64,000 nt of DNA from Candidatus Heimdallarchaeota archaeon (GTDB lineage: Archaea > Asgardarchaeota > Heimdallarchaeia > JABLTI01), in assembly GCA_018238155.1 (NCBI GenBank), contig JABCTZ010000032.1, forward strand, positions 32,001 to 96,000, given 5' to 3'. Under the pieces are notes generated by a model. It was not told the DNA's origin, did not search any database, and saw only the letters and a program-made list of their open reading frames with translations. Of the stretch, positions 32,541-42,761 are shown in pieces (the first letter of the stretch is position 1; every line of letters starts with the position of its first letter). Both the position numbers and the translations under genes were made by a program.

Positions 32541-34067
32541 TTACTTCTTTCTTGTGAAAAGAATTACTACAACACCTGCGCCAATTACTAGTCCACCAAT
32601 AATCACATAGAACCACCATTGAGTGTAAATTGGACCCGTTGGACCAGTGGACGTTGTTGTCGTAGAAGTTGGATTAACAGTTATGGTAAGTGTAGATTCT
32701 AGACCAAGGTAATGTGGGAAAACGTCAACGGTAATAGTAAAAGTGTAATTTATCGGATCACTTCCGACCATAACCATTTCTGATGTGTTCCAATTCGCTA
32801 TAAAAACACCAGTTGCATTTGTATATCCCGTAACTTTATCCTGGTCAGCGTCATCGAAAACTCCTGATTGTGCTTGAATCTGAATATAGGCATTTTCTAC
32901 TGCTGAACCATCTATTTTAACCGTAACAGTGAACTCAACACTGTCGCCAAGAGTTATAGTCTTTTCATCACTCATTGATGTAATACTTAGTACACCTGAA
33001 TATTCTTGCACATGGAAAGTAAGTGTAGAGTAATTTGTAAAAGTACCAATAAGACTTGCAACAATATTGATATCATAATCTGTACCTAAAATCGCTGGAG
33101 TTAAATCATCTGTTTCCCAATGAACTGATATCATTCCCGAACTATTTGTAGTACCTGCGAAATAATCTAAACCACCTTCTGTGAAATTACCATCAACTGC
33201 TGTGAATGTCACATAAACTCCAGAGATAGCATTAACTGGTGCTGTAATTGCATCCTCGAAAACCATAATATCTATTGTTACAATTTGTCCAACAGCAATA
33301 TTTTTTCCCGGTGTGATATCAATATCTAAGATCAGCTGTCCCTCTGCTGGATTAACTGTAATATTAAATTCTGCTGTGTAAGTCCAATTTGTTGAGTCAT
33401 AACTAATATCTAGAATGATGATATAATCTGTTATATCTGTGACATCTGGTGCTGTCCAAATATCCTCATAATAACCATCCGCATCACTCAACCCTGAACT
33501 GGTGTCCGTTGCAGAGGAATCAAAAGTTCCTCCTACACCTGTAAATGTCACATTAGCATCTTCAATAAGAGTGCCTTCATTTTCAACAGTAACCTTTATT
33601 GTAGTTGTTTCTTCCTCGTTTATTTCTGTGAAATCAGCTTCAAAAGTTGTTCCTGAAAAGGTAACTGGTTTTACTAATACTTGTGTTGAAATAGTTTGAT
33701 TTACACTACTTTCTTTCTTTATTGTAGCAGTAAAATTATAATACACATTATAATCTACTAATGGAGCTTCCCATTGAACAGTTATGATACCTGTTGCATC
33801 TGTCGTAGCATTATGAATATTTGTTCCTCCTGAGAATAATCCACTTTCAACGTGTATTCCTACACTAGCATTTTCTACGAGTCCACCAGTTCCTGTAACA
33901 GTAACTATTATTGAAGAATTCTCTAAAGAATAAACTGTTATCGGATTAGCTTGTATCGTAGAAAGGGAAAGGTCATCAGCTCGAACAAAGCTGAAACCAG
34001 GAAATGCTAGAGATACAATTATCAACATTAATGTAGTTGTGAGAGTTATTTTTGTAATCTTGACCAT
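32541..34067 (-). CDS. Cell-surface protein with about four Ig-like (invasin/Big_1-like) repeats and C-terminal TM anchor
   Basis: Signal peptide; repeated VENA.V...G.F...G.TD..G....W.AP units; Thr-rich linker, TM helix, TRKK tail; many NxS/T sequons. Confidence 0.82.
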   Translation of the reverse strand: MVKITKITLTTTLMLIIVSLAFPGFSFVRADDLSLSTIQANPITVYSLENSSIIVTVTGTGGLVENASVGIHVESGLFSGGTNIHNATTDATGIITVQWEAPLVDYNVYYNFTATIKKESSVNQTISTQVLVKPVTFSGTTFEADFTEINEEETTTIKVTVENEGTLIEDANVTFTGVGGTFDSSATDTSSGLSDADGYYEDIWTAPDVTDITDYIIILDISYDSTNWTYTAEFNITVNPAEGQLILDIDITPGKNIAVGQIVTIDIMVFEDAITAPVNAISGVYVTFTAVDGNFTEGGLDYFAGTTNSSGMISVHWETDDLTPAILGTDYDINIVASLIGTFTNYSTLTFHVQEYSGVLSITSMSDEKTITLGDSVEFTVTVKIDGSAVENAYIQIQAQSGVFDDADQDKVTGYTNATGVFIANWNTSEMVMVGSDPINYTFTITVDVFPHYLGLESTLTITVNPTSTTTTSTGPTGPIYTQWWFYVIIGGLVIGAGVVVILFTRKK

Positions 34068-34222
34068 ATTAGCTACTTCCTTCTTGGATGGAATATCAAA
34101 TATCAATTCCGATCCTAAAAATATGAACTAATGCGATGACTATGTTATAATATAGATTAATGTTTTCTATTGCGGCAAAACGAATAAAAAGAATTAGAAA
34201 TGGCACTGATAGCGCCATTCTT

Positions 34223-34858
34223 CTATTTTTCTGATAGAACTATCTCTAAAAAGAGCTCATGAAATCTGGTATCGTCAGTTAATTCTGGATGAAATGTTAC
34301 TGCCAATAGTTTCCCTTGCTTAGCTGCATAGATTTCTTCTGTAGATTTACAGAGAACTTCAACAATTTTTCCAACAGTTTTGATAATGGGAGCTCGAATA
34401 AATACTCCTGGAAAAGTTTTTTTGCCAAAACCTTGGACAACCAGATCTAATTCAAAAGATTCTTGTTGACGACCATATTTATTTCTAAGCACATCTATAT
34501 CCATCAACTCTAACAATGTTTGTGTGAATCCTTTAACTACTTTATCCGTAGAGGATTTTGAGAGCATAACAGTACCTGCACAAGTACCAAATAAAGCCAT
34601 ACCTTTCTTACCTTTCTCTTGGATCATTTTTATGAGCTTTTCATCAAATCGTTTTTCCTCAATGAAACGACTCATAACAGTACTTTCTCCACCCGGAATA
34701 ATTAGACCATCAATCTTTTCTAATTGTTCGGGTGTTTTTACACGAACAGTTTTAGTTGGAATATTCTTTTTCGCTAGAACCTTATCCATCATGAGAACAT
34801 GCTCTAGAACATCGCCTTGAATAGCTAATACACCAATTGTAATGTTTTTCTTAGCCAT
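34223..34858 (-). CDS. pdxT: PLP synthase glutaminase subunit
   Basis: GVLAIQGDV, IIPGGEST, GTCAG, FIRAP, FHPEL. Confidence 0.96.
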   Translation of the reverse strand: MAKKNITIGVLAIQGDVLEHVLMMDKVLAKKNIPTKTVRVKTPEQLEKIDGLIIPGGESTVMSRFIEEKRFDEKLIKMIQEKGKKGMALFGTCAGTVMLSKSSTDKVVKGFTQTLLELMDIDVLRNKYGRQQESFELDLVVQGFGKKTFPGVFIRAPIIKTVGKIVEVLCKSTEEIYAAKQGKLLAVTFHPELTDDTRFHELFLEIVLSEK

Positions 34859-35832
34859 TATGAATCAGCTCCTCGTTCTTGCATACTAAATTTCATTTCT
34901 GCACCTGTTAACCCAAGCATTGCTTTTGTTTCACTGACCATTTCTTGAGCTTCGATAACAACTTCAGGATGTTCCCAATAAGTTGTTGCTAGAACAACTG
35001 CAGAAGCTCTTTGTAATGCGTCTTCACTTTTGAAAATACCAGAACCAACAAAGACTCCATCAGAACCCAATTTCATCATTAGAGCAGCATCTGCGGGAGT
35101 ACTTATACCACCTGCTGCGAAATTAACTGTAGGTAATCGACCCAATTTTGCAGTTTCTAAAACAGTTTCAAAGGAAACTTTCATAGCTCTCGTTTTGAAC
35201 ATTAATTCTTGGTAATCATTAGCTTCGTAGAGACCTTTGATTTCTCTAATTTCATTGTTGACCAAACGAATATGGCGAACTGCTTCTGCAACATTGCCTG
35301 TGCCTGGTTCTCCTTTTGTACGAATCATTGCTGCGCCTTCATCAATTCGACGTAAAGCGCTACCAAGATCAATAGCACCACAAACGAAAGGGGCAACAAA
35401 GTCCCATTTCCATATGTGCCTGAATTCATCTGCCGGAGTTAATACTTCAGATTCATCAAGACAGTCTGCACCTGTCTCTTGTAATACAAGCGCTTCTCCA
35501 GTGTGACCAAGACGACATTTTGCCATTACTGGAATAGTAATTGCATCTAAAATATCACGAATGATTGGTATTGAAGCAGGACGTGCAACTCCACCACTTC
35601 TTCTTACATCAATGGGCAATTTATCAAGAACCATTACTGCCACTGCTCCTGCTTCTTCAGCAATATGAGCTTGTTCAACAGTAGTTACATCCATGATAAC
35701 GCCACCCTTTGTCATACGAGCGAACCCTCGCTTAACGCGATTTGTACCTCTCACAACTTTCACTTCAGTTGCGATTTGTTTTGTAATTTCGCCCGTTTTC
35801 ATATATGATCTTTCGGGGAACAAGTTTTTCAT
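34858..35832 (-). CDS. pdxS: PLP synthase lyase subunit
   Basis: [50 protein letters not shown]; ATG 35832 follows GAGAGGA SD. Confidence 0.97.
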   Translation of the reverse strand: MKNLFPERSYMKTGEITKQIATEVKVVRGTNRVKRGFARMTKGGVIMDVTTVEQAHIAEEAGAVAVMVLDKLPIDVRRSGGVARPASIPIIRDILDAITIPVMAKCRLGHTGEALVLQETGADCLDESEVLTPADEFRHIWKWDFVAPFVCGAIDLGSALRRIDEGAAMIRTKGEPGTGNVAEAVRHIRLVNNEIREIKGLYEANDYQELMFKTRAMKVSFETVLETAKLGRLPTVNFAAGGISTPADAALMMKLGSDGVFVGSGIFKSEDALQRASAVVLATTYWEHPEVVIEAQEMVSETKAMLGLTGAEMKFSMQERGADS

Positions 35833-35852
35833 TTTGAGAATCCTCTCATTAC

Positions 35853-35890
35853 TATACAAGTTACAACTTGTATATTCAAGTTATAACATG
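35853..35890. promoter_or_regulatory. Tandem palindromic operator in the pdxS / thrC-like divergent intergenic region
   Basis: TATACAAGTT-ac-AACTTGTATA perfect 10-bp arms (35853-35874) and second core CAAGTT-at-AACATG (35877-35890). Confidence 0.7.
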
Positions 35891-36000
35891 CAAATATTGA
35901 AATAGATGATTAAAAAATATTGTGTAGAAATAGCTTTATCGGTAACAGAAACGAAAAGAATAAAATAAATTAGTTAATAGATATCGAGGAGTTTCAATAA

Positions 36001-37458
36001 ATGAAAAAAAATGTTATTTGTGGTAATTGTAAAGCAGAATTGAGCACTTTGCAGAGATCAGCAACATGTCCACAATGTAGTGCTACCGAAGCTGAATTTG
36101 TTATTAATTTAGAAAACAATGAAACTCTCAAAATAAAAACAAACGAACAAGGAATATGGAAATATGAAGATTTTCTTCCAATATTTAAGAAAAGAATCTC
36201 TTTAGGAGAAGGTGATACTCCTCTAAGGCTGGCTCAAAATCTTTTCTCTAAAGATTTACAGCTTTTCGTAAAATTCGAGGGGAAAAATCCTACAGGCTCG
36301 TTTCTTGATCGAGTATCTCCATTAATGGTTTCTGATGCTATTAGTCGAAATATGGATTCGATAGTCTGTGCCTCGGATGGTAATTTAGGTGCATCTATTA
36401 GTGCCTATTGTGCAGCAGCAGATATTAAGAGCGTTTGTGTAATACCAAAAAGCACCTCTCCTGAGAAGAAAGTACAAATGACTGCTTATGGTGCTGAAAT
36501 CATTGATTTTGGTGAAACAATAGATGATAGTTTAGATTTAGCAAAGAAAATGACTGATGTTAAAAGATATCAAGCAACACCAGAGTTCAATTTATTAACA
36601 ATTGAGGGCGCAAAAACAATCTCATTAGAAATAGTACATCAATTACTCTCTCAAACCAACAATGTACAATTACCTTGGATTGAATATCTAGTTGTACCTA
36701 TCGGCAGTGGACGTTTGCTCTATTCAATTTGGAAAGGCTTCAAAGAAGCAAAACGATTTGGGTTGATAGCTGATCAAGAACTACCAAAGTTAATTGGTGT
36801 TCAAATAAAAGGTTATGATTCAATTACAAATGCAATAAAAGCAGGAGCAGCTGAACCAAAAGAAATCAAAAGGCGGAATTCAGTAGATCATTCATTAGGT
36901 GATGCAATTCTCACAAGAAAATCAGTTTATGGTGTAAAAGCAATTCAGAGCATCAAAGAAAGTAATGGGACATCAATTACAGTAACTGAAAAAGAGATGA
37001 TTAATGCTAGCAAGAAATTAGGGAAAGCAGAAGGAGTCTTTGCTGAGCTATCAAGTGCTACAGTTATTGCAGCGATTGAAAAATTAAACAGAAAACAATT
37101 TTTTGAGACTGGTGCCATTGTTTTAGCTGTAATTACTGCTAGTGGGCTTAAAACTTCACGGGCTTTTCAAAAAAGTGCTACTCGTTTGAAAAAAGTCGAT
37201 TCATTTAGAAGCATGGGTACTAAAGTAGAAATATTAACAATAATTGATTCTAAAGAAGCAAATTTTGGGTACAGTATCTGGAAAGCACTCGGACAATCTT
37301 TATCTTTGCAAGCTGTTTATCAACATCTTAAAGAACTATCTTCTAGAAAACATATTGTTGAAATTGAATCCACTGATCGTCAAAAGAAATATCGTTTAAC
37401 AGGAAAAGGTAAAAAATTGATTCAAAAAATGAGTGAATTGGAAGAATTGTTGCCATAA
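36001..37458 (+). CDS. Threonine-synthase-fold protein lacking the PLP lysine, fused to C-terminal winged HTH (putative regulator)
   Basis: SLGEGDTPL, NPTGSFLDR (K->L), ASDGN, PIGSG; C-terminal ILTII..GYSIWKAL..QAVYQHLKEL..YRLTGKG. Confidence 0.85.
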   Translation: MKKNVICGNCKAELSTLQRSATCPQCSATEAEFVINLENNETLKIKTNEQGIWKYEDFLPIFKKRISLGEGDTPLRLAQNLFSKDLQLFVKFEGKNPTGSFLDRVSPLMVSDAISRNMDSIVCASDGNLGASISAYCAAADIKSVCVIPKSTSPEKKVQMTAYGAEIIDFGETIDDSLDLAKKMTDVKRYQATPEFNLLTIEGAKTISLEIVHQLLSQTNNVQLPWIEYLVVPIGSGRLLYSIWKGFKEAKRFGLIADQELPKLIGVQIKGYDSITNAIKAGAAEPKEIKRRNSVDHSLGDAILTRKSVYGVKAIQSIKESNGTSITVTEKEMINASKKLGKAEGVFAELSSATVIAAIEKLNRKQFFETGAIVLAVITASGLKTSRAFQKSATRLKKVDSFRSMGTKVEILTIIDSKEANFGYSIWKALGQSLSLQAVYQHLKELSSRKHIVEIESTDRQKKYRLTGKGKKLIQKMSELEELLP

Positions 37459-37479
37459 ATTTTCTTCCATAGTTCATTT

Positions 37480-39543
37480 TTATTTAGGTGTTTTGTCAGT
37501 TGGTACATGTACAATACCTTCTAAGGGTATTTTTTGCATACAATGAGGACAGATTCCTTTCGTTTTAACCCATTCTTGAAGATGGGATAAATGACCTTTT
37601 GATTCACACAAACTACAGAAACCGATATCCTCTCCAAAATTAATGGGTAATTTACACACTGTACAATGTATTGTTGTTTGTCCACAATCTGGACAGAGTT
37701 TGAATGAGTTTTCGATTGGATATCCACAATAGTAACAAGTATACTCACTCGCTTCTTTGAAACTATTGATAATTCTGTTTATTGCTTCTTCAGCTTCAAC
37801 TGATTCACTTTGGAGCAATTGAGGTATTTTTATTACATCCTTCTGTACTTTAAAAGCAAGTTCATCTGGTAGTTCAAGTAACCATTTTTCTAGTTCTAAC
37901 GTTTCCTTGAATTTGAGAAGTTTTACCATCCGTTCCAAAGATATTTCACTATATCTTTTGATGATTTTTCTCAAGTTAGTTTCTCGTTCCTTTTGTAATA
38001 CTAAATCTGCTTTATTGGTATGTCGTTTCTCTAGAATTTCTTTCTTCTTTTGTTCTAGCTCGTAGAAAACTTGTCTTTGAGCGAAATTTCGTTCGATTGC
38101 TCCTGATTCATAAGCAGCTGTTAATTGAATATAATCCTCGAAACCTAATTTCTTTCCAATTTCACTTAACATAAAAGCAGCTAAAGAACGAACGAGTGTG
38201 TTTTCATCTTTCATTAAATTGATCAATTCAGGGATTGCTTTTTTATGCTCCATCTTTACAATTGAATTTGTAGCTTCTTCTCGAATATCCATATCCTCGC
38301 AGCAACGAATTAAACCAATGAGTGCGGAGGGATTCCCTTTCTTTCCTAATTTAAGTAATGAATTTCTAACTAAGGTTATTATTTCTTCATCTTCATTTTC
38401 TTTATTGAGTATATCAATCAAAGCTGTAATGATTACTTTTGTTCCTATTTGACCTAATGCTTTTGCAGCAGTTTTTCTCACGGTCAAACTTTCATCTTCA
38501 TAAAGCAAAGCAATTAGTAAAGTGGAAGAATTAGTTGAACCGATTTCAACTAGAGATTCTATAGCTTTAACTCTTAATTCATCATCAGTTTCTTCCTCAA
38601 TGACGGTCTCAAGAGCCTTGATGATTTCTCCACCACCAAGTTTTCCAAAGGCATCAATGACTTCTAGTCTCAACTCATCATTTCTTTCTTGTTTCAAAAT
38701 TTCGATAAAAAGATTTGTTGCTTCTTTCGCATTTATATTTCCTAATGCTTTTACTGCTTCAGCTCGAACAAGAATGTCTCCATCATTCAAAGCAGTTTCA
38801 AGAAGAACAGGAATTGCTTCTTTAACTTTCATTTTTCCAAAAGCTTCTGCAGCAACTGCACGTTCATATGGTTGAGAACTCTCCATTAATCTTGTTAGGA
38901 GCTTTGGAATAATTGAAGTGTCTCCTAATCCTCCTAAAACAGCTTCAATGTTCACTTTTACATCTTCATGTTTAATTTTATCTAGTGCTCGATGCAATTT
39001 AGAGATGACTTCTTTCGTACCGATTTTTGCAATGGTTTTAATTGATTCTATACGAACAATTTCATCTTCTTCTTCATTTATGATAATTTTATTGAGAACA
39101 GGAATTATCTCTGAACCAACTATTCTTTCTAATGCTTGAATAGCATAAATCCTAATATTTTGTTCGTTGTAATCTGTGGCTATTCGTTTTAACGGTTTTT
39201 CTGCTTTTCTTGCACCTATACCAATTTTGCTGAAGGTTTCAATTAATAATTGTAGAATTTCCTCATCTTCATAAAAATTGGTAATAAGTTCAATGAGTTC
39301 TGGAACAGCTCTTTCTGATTTTGAACCAAAGTTTCCCAAAGCACCGATAACAATATACAAAACATCATAATTTGTTTCGTTTTGCAATGTTTCAATAAAG
39401 GCTGGAATTACTATATCTGCTTCTTCTTGAAAATTAACTAATTCTTGAGCTGCTTCAAATCGGACTACTTCATCTGTATCCTTCCTTAAAGTTGCTATCA
39501 ATTCTTTTGCTCTTGAAACAGTTTCCTTTTTTTCTTCGCTCAT
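37480..39543 (-). CDS. HEAT-repeat protein with C-terminal PCI-like helix bundle, zinc ribbon and RING-like domain
   Basis: More than 12 HEAT units; YSEISLERMVKLL; CYYC..CPDC; CTVC..CSLC..HLSH..EW..CPHC. Confidence 0.8.
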   Translation of the reverse strand: MSEEKKETVSRAKELIATLRKDTDEVVRFEAAQELVNFQEEADIVIPAFIETLQNETNYDVLYIVIGALGNFGSKSERAVPELIELITNFYEDEEILQLLIETFSKIGIGARKAEKPLKRIATDYNEQNIRIYAIQALERIVGSEIIPVLNKIIINEEEDEIVRIESIKTIAKIGTKEVISKLHRALDKIKHEDVKVNIEAVLGGLGDTSIIPKLLTRLMESSQPYERAVAAEAFGKMKVKEAIPVLLETALNDGDILVRAEAVKALGNINAKEATNLFIEILKQERNDELRLEVIDAFGKLGGGEIIKALETVIEEETDDELRVKAIESLVEIGSTNSSTLLIALLYEDESLTVRKTAAKALGQIGTKVIITALIDILNKENEDEEIITLVRNSLLKLGKKGNPSALIGLIRCCEDMDIREEATNSIVKMEHKKAIPELINLMKDENTLVRSLAAFMLSEIGKKLGFEDYIQLTAAYESGAIERNFAQRQVFYELEQKKKEILEKRHTNKADLVLQKERETNLRKIIKRYSEISLERMVKLLKFKETLELEKWLLELPDELAFKVQKDVIKIPQLLQSESVEAEEAINRIINSFKEASEYTCYYCGYPIENSFKLCPDCGQTTIHCTVCKLPINFGEDIGFCSLCESKGHLSHLQEWVKTKGICPHCMQKIPLEGIVHVPTDKTPK

Positions 39544-39702
39544 AATTTTTCATTTCCATTGTTATCTAATTGAAATTCTCTTTTGAAAACAATAAAATAT
39601 ATTTCTCATTTTTCCTATATGAAGGTTAGTTAAGTGGCATTACTTTACTTTTGAGATGTATTCATTGAATTTGAAAAAATGAATAAATAAAGTAATGTAT
39701 TC

Positions 39703-40161
39703 TTACATGTAAGGAGCAATTCCGCCGGATTCTAAATGCATTTTATCATGAATCCATAGATCCATCAGTTTCTCAATATCCTCATATTTTCCTTGATTTC
39801 CTTCTTTCATCATAAGCTTGGCGTACTTTTCGAAACTTTTAAGCAAATCATTTCTTGTTTCCTCAAAAATTTCACGTGCTTCTTCATAGGTCATATCATC
39901 AAATTTCTCAATTACGACATCATTCCATTTTTCAAGCGGTAACTTTTCTCCATTATGTGCATAGACAAATGTCTTTCGTGCACTTTTCTTAGTTGTATGA
40001 CATAATTCAAGAAATTGATCATCCCAAGACCATAAATGTATCAATAGCTGCCTTTGAGACCAACCATTTGGAAAGGAAAATGTTTCAGGTAGAGAAAGAA
40101 TAGTTTCAGTAGTAATCTCTATTTTTGCTATTTTCTCTATCGGTTTCAAATTTTCAGGCAA
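39703..40161 (-). CDS. DinB/ClbS-DfsB-like four-helix bundle protein
   Basis: GWSQRQLLIHLWSWD, WN, HDKMH. Confidence 0.75.
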   Translation of the reverse strand: MPENLKPIEKIAKIEITTETILSLPETFSFPNGWSQRQLLIHLWSWDDQFLELCHTTKKSARKTFVYAHNGEKLPLEKWNDVVIEKFDDMTYEEAREIFEETRNDLLKSFEKYAKLMMKEGNQGKYEDIEKLMDLWIHDKMHLESGGIAPYM

Positions 40162-40386
40162 AGTATTTCACTCCATGATTGCACTATATTCCAAAGGTGA
40201 ATTGATTAAATAAATCTAGTGATTCCCATAGATGGATTTTACCTATTTTTATTTCACTTTTTTACTTAGTATGTAAATAGATTTGCTTTCTATTCTCTCT
40301 TTTCTTTAGATGAGGTTTAACATCGTTGTTTTTTTCATCTAGGAATGATTTTTTAAGTCTAATTGTTACCTAGAAATATATTATAA

Positions 40387-42057
40387 TTGGAGAAATATTT
40401 TATGAAAACTAGAAAGGATTATATTTCAATTACATATCTAAAACCATTGGACTATAAAGAAAATTATGTTTTTTTACCTAAAAACTATGGTTCAAAAAAG
40501 TACTTTGAACGCAAAGACATTCAAGCAATTAAGAAAGCTGTTTTTGATAATTTGAATTCTATTGATAAAAGAACTAAATTCACAGAACAGATTAAAAATA
40601 GGAAAGTCATAATTAAACCGAATTTAGTTGGAGTTTTTTACAAGCTAGGTTTTAATCCTGAAATTGCACCACAATCAACGGATCCACGTGTAATTGATTC
40701 AGTTATAGAATATTTGAAACAATACACACACAAAATAGTTATTGCAGAATCATCTGGAAGCGGATTTCCAACGAGAACATCATATAGAATCTCCCGGCTA
40801 AAGAAAATAGCTAAGCGCCATCATGTTAAATTAATAAACATTGAAGAACAACCCGTAGTACGCTATTATCTGCCAAAAGCAAGCGCTATGAAGGAAATTT
40901 TAATACCTGAAATTTTTGACGATGTTGTTAAAGGTGATGCATTTTATATAACACTTCCAAAAATGAAAACAAATCTGTACACCGATATATCATTGGGATT
41001 TAAGAATGCCATGGGAATTATTCCATTAAACTTACGACAAAGGGATCATAATCATAATCTTGAGAAGAAGTTAGTGGATATCTTATATCTCATTAAACCT
41101 AATTTAACAATAGTTGATGGAGTAATTGGTGCTGAAGGACAATGCCCAGCTATCGCTGAACCTGTTGATAGCCATGTAATTATTAGTGGAACAAATGTTG
41201 TTGAGACTGATTCTGTTACTTCACAAATGATGGGTTTTGTTCCTGAAGAAGTCAAATTGCTTAAACATGCAAAAAAGCTTGGTTTTGGAAACAAAAATGT
41301 AGAAATCATTGGTAAGAAAAGAGTTATTCCATTTAAAAAAGCAAATCCATCTTTGATGAATGATTCATTCACTGAAAAATTTCCAGAAATTACTGTTCTA
41401 ATAGGACATGAATTGGAAAAATCACCTCAAATATCAACTATAGAATCAGTGACCAACAGCACTATGTGTGAAATGGAACTATCTTGTAGAGGGGGATGTT
41501 TAGTTTGTACAAAAATGGGTCTTGTGATGTTGGTTGCTGAAGAATTTGACAATTATAAAGCAACGATCATTATTGGAAAAGGTGTTAAGATAAATGGCAA
41601 AGGCCCTTACTATTTCGATAGAAATGGTAAACCATTTACCGCAAAAGATATTGGTAAAATAAATGGACCAAAATTAGCTGTAGGAGATTGTTCTGTTCAC
41701 CTTAGAGATATATGTGAACACTATATTCCTGGTTGCTTATTTCATGCAGGTTTAGTACATGTTATGTTGCATAAAATCTCCAAAACTAAATGCCGAATGA
41801 CTTCATCAAAGAATAAATTCCTTTTACCTTTTATTGGAGATACCTTAAAAATGAGAATTGCTAGACGGCAACAGATAAGGAAAGGAAGGTATGTTGATAT
41901 AAGTATGAATGATATTAATACACGAGGTAAACATGAAGCTTTATCTGATTTAGAGAAAAATCGTGATTATATCCGGTGGGATTTCCCTCCAATGGATAGA
42001 AAACTAAAAAGAAAATTAATGAAAGAAGAATGGGAATCACTTCTAATCTTATTCTAG
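40387..42057 (+). CDS. DUF362 domain protein with Cys-rich C-terminal region
   Basis: IIKPNLV, TDPRV, PKMKT, GFKNAMG, EGQCP; CRGGC, GDC, PGC; start may be ATG 40402. Confidence 0.8.
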   Translation: MEKYFMKTRKDYISITYLKPLDYKENYVFLPKNYGSKKYFERKDIQAIKKAVFDNLNSIDKRTKFTEQIKNRKVIIKPNLVGVFYKLGFNPEIAPQSTDPRVIDSVIEYLKQYTHKIVIAESSGSGFPTRTSYRISRLKKIAKRHHVKLINIEEQPVVRYYLPKASAMKEILIPEIFDDVVKGDAFYITLPKMKTNLYTDISLGFKNAMGIIPLNLRQRDHNHNLEKKLVDILYLIKPNLTIVDGVIGAEGQCPAIAEPVDSHVIISGTNVVETDSVTSQMMGFVPEEVKLLKHAKKLGFGNKNVEIIGKKRVIPFKKANPSLMNDSFTEKFPEITVLIGHELEKSPQISTIESVTNSTMCEMELSCRGGCLVCTKMGLVMLVAEEFDNYKATIIIGKGVKINGKGPYYFDRNGKPFTAKDIGKINGPKLAVGDCSVHLRDICEHYIPGCLFHAGLVHVMLHKISKTKCRMTSSKNKFLLPFIGDTLKMRIARRQQIRKGRYVDISMNDINTRGKHEALSDLEKNRDYIRWDFPPMDRKLKRKLMKEEWESLLILF

Positions 42058-42227
42058 TTGGAATCAAAATTAGAAAATCATTTTCTTTCTTGCTTTTTTA
42101 CACTTTGCTACTGTAAAAGTTTTTTTTTTACTTTGTCTGCAATAGTAGAATTTATATCTGCTGATACTAAGGTTACTCGGATAAATAATATTAAATTTCG
42201 TCTTAAAAATAGAAGGAAATAGTAATT

Positions 42228-42728
42228 ATGAAACCAATTAATTTATGTTTAATACATGTCGGAAAAAAAGGCTTAGAATTAGTAGGCTCTCATCCAAAAT
42301 CTCTCCCAACGGAAATCATGAACCAAATTCTTCTTAAGAGTATGCCTTTTGGAGCAAAACCGGGAGACTTTTTAACAACCAGTACAGGAAATAATTGTTT
42401 CTCTGGATTTGTTTTTAGAGTACCTTCAAATATTGGTCGAGATAATTTGGCTACAATAATGGCTATTTTTGATTCAGAAGACTATAATCCAAATTCAGTA
42501 AAGAAATTATTCTCTACAATTTTAGAAAAATTGCAAGAGAATGACTTAGTAAAAATGGAAACAATGGTTAATTTATTGCCAGAAATGTACAGAGGGATGA
42601 GCAAAGGATACTTAAAACTAAAAATAAGTTCTGTTGTGACATTAGAGTTTGATTTCAAATCAGAAGACAAGGAAAGAGATCAAACTGAACGCAAAGTCTC
42701 TGATATTAGAAGAGAACTTTGGCGTTAA
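42228..42728 (+). CDS. Hypothetical protein, probable longin/uDENN-like fold
   Basis: beta-beta-alpha-beta-beta-beta-alpha-alpha pattern (LCLIHV..KGLELV..HP..ILLKSMP..FVF..R..IMAIF); directly upstream of a small GTPase. Confidence 0.5.
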   Translation: MKPINLCLIHVGKKGLELVGSHPKSLPTEIMNQILLKSMPFGAKPGDFLTTSTGNNCFSGFVFRVPSNIGRDNLATIMAIFDSEDYNPNSVKKLFSTILEKLQENDLVKMETMVNLLPEMYRGMSKGYLKLKISSVVTLEFDFKSEDKERDQTERKVSDIRRELWR

Positions 42729-42761
42729 AGAAACTATTAAATGCTAATATGAGGTACTATA

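Noticed and set aside
36001-37458. Annotation as functional threonine synthase (thrC)
   Set aside because: Catalytic Lys replaced by Leu and a DNA-binding domain is fused
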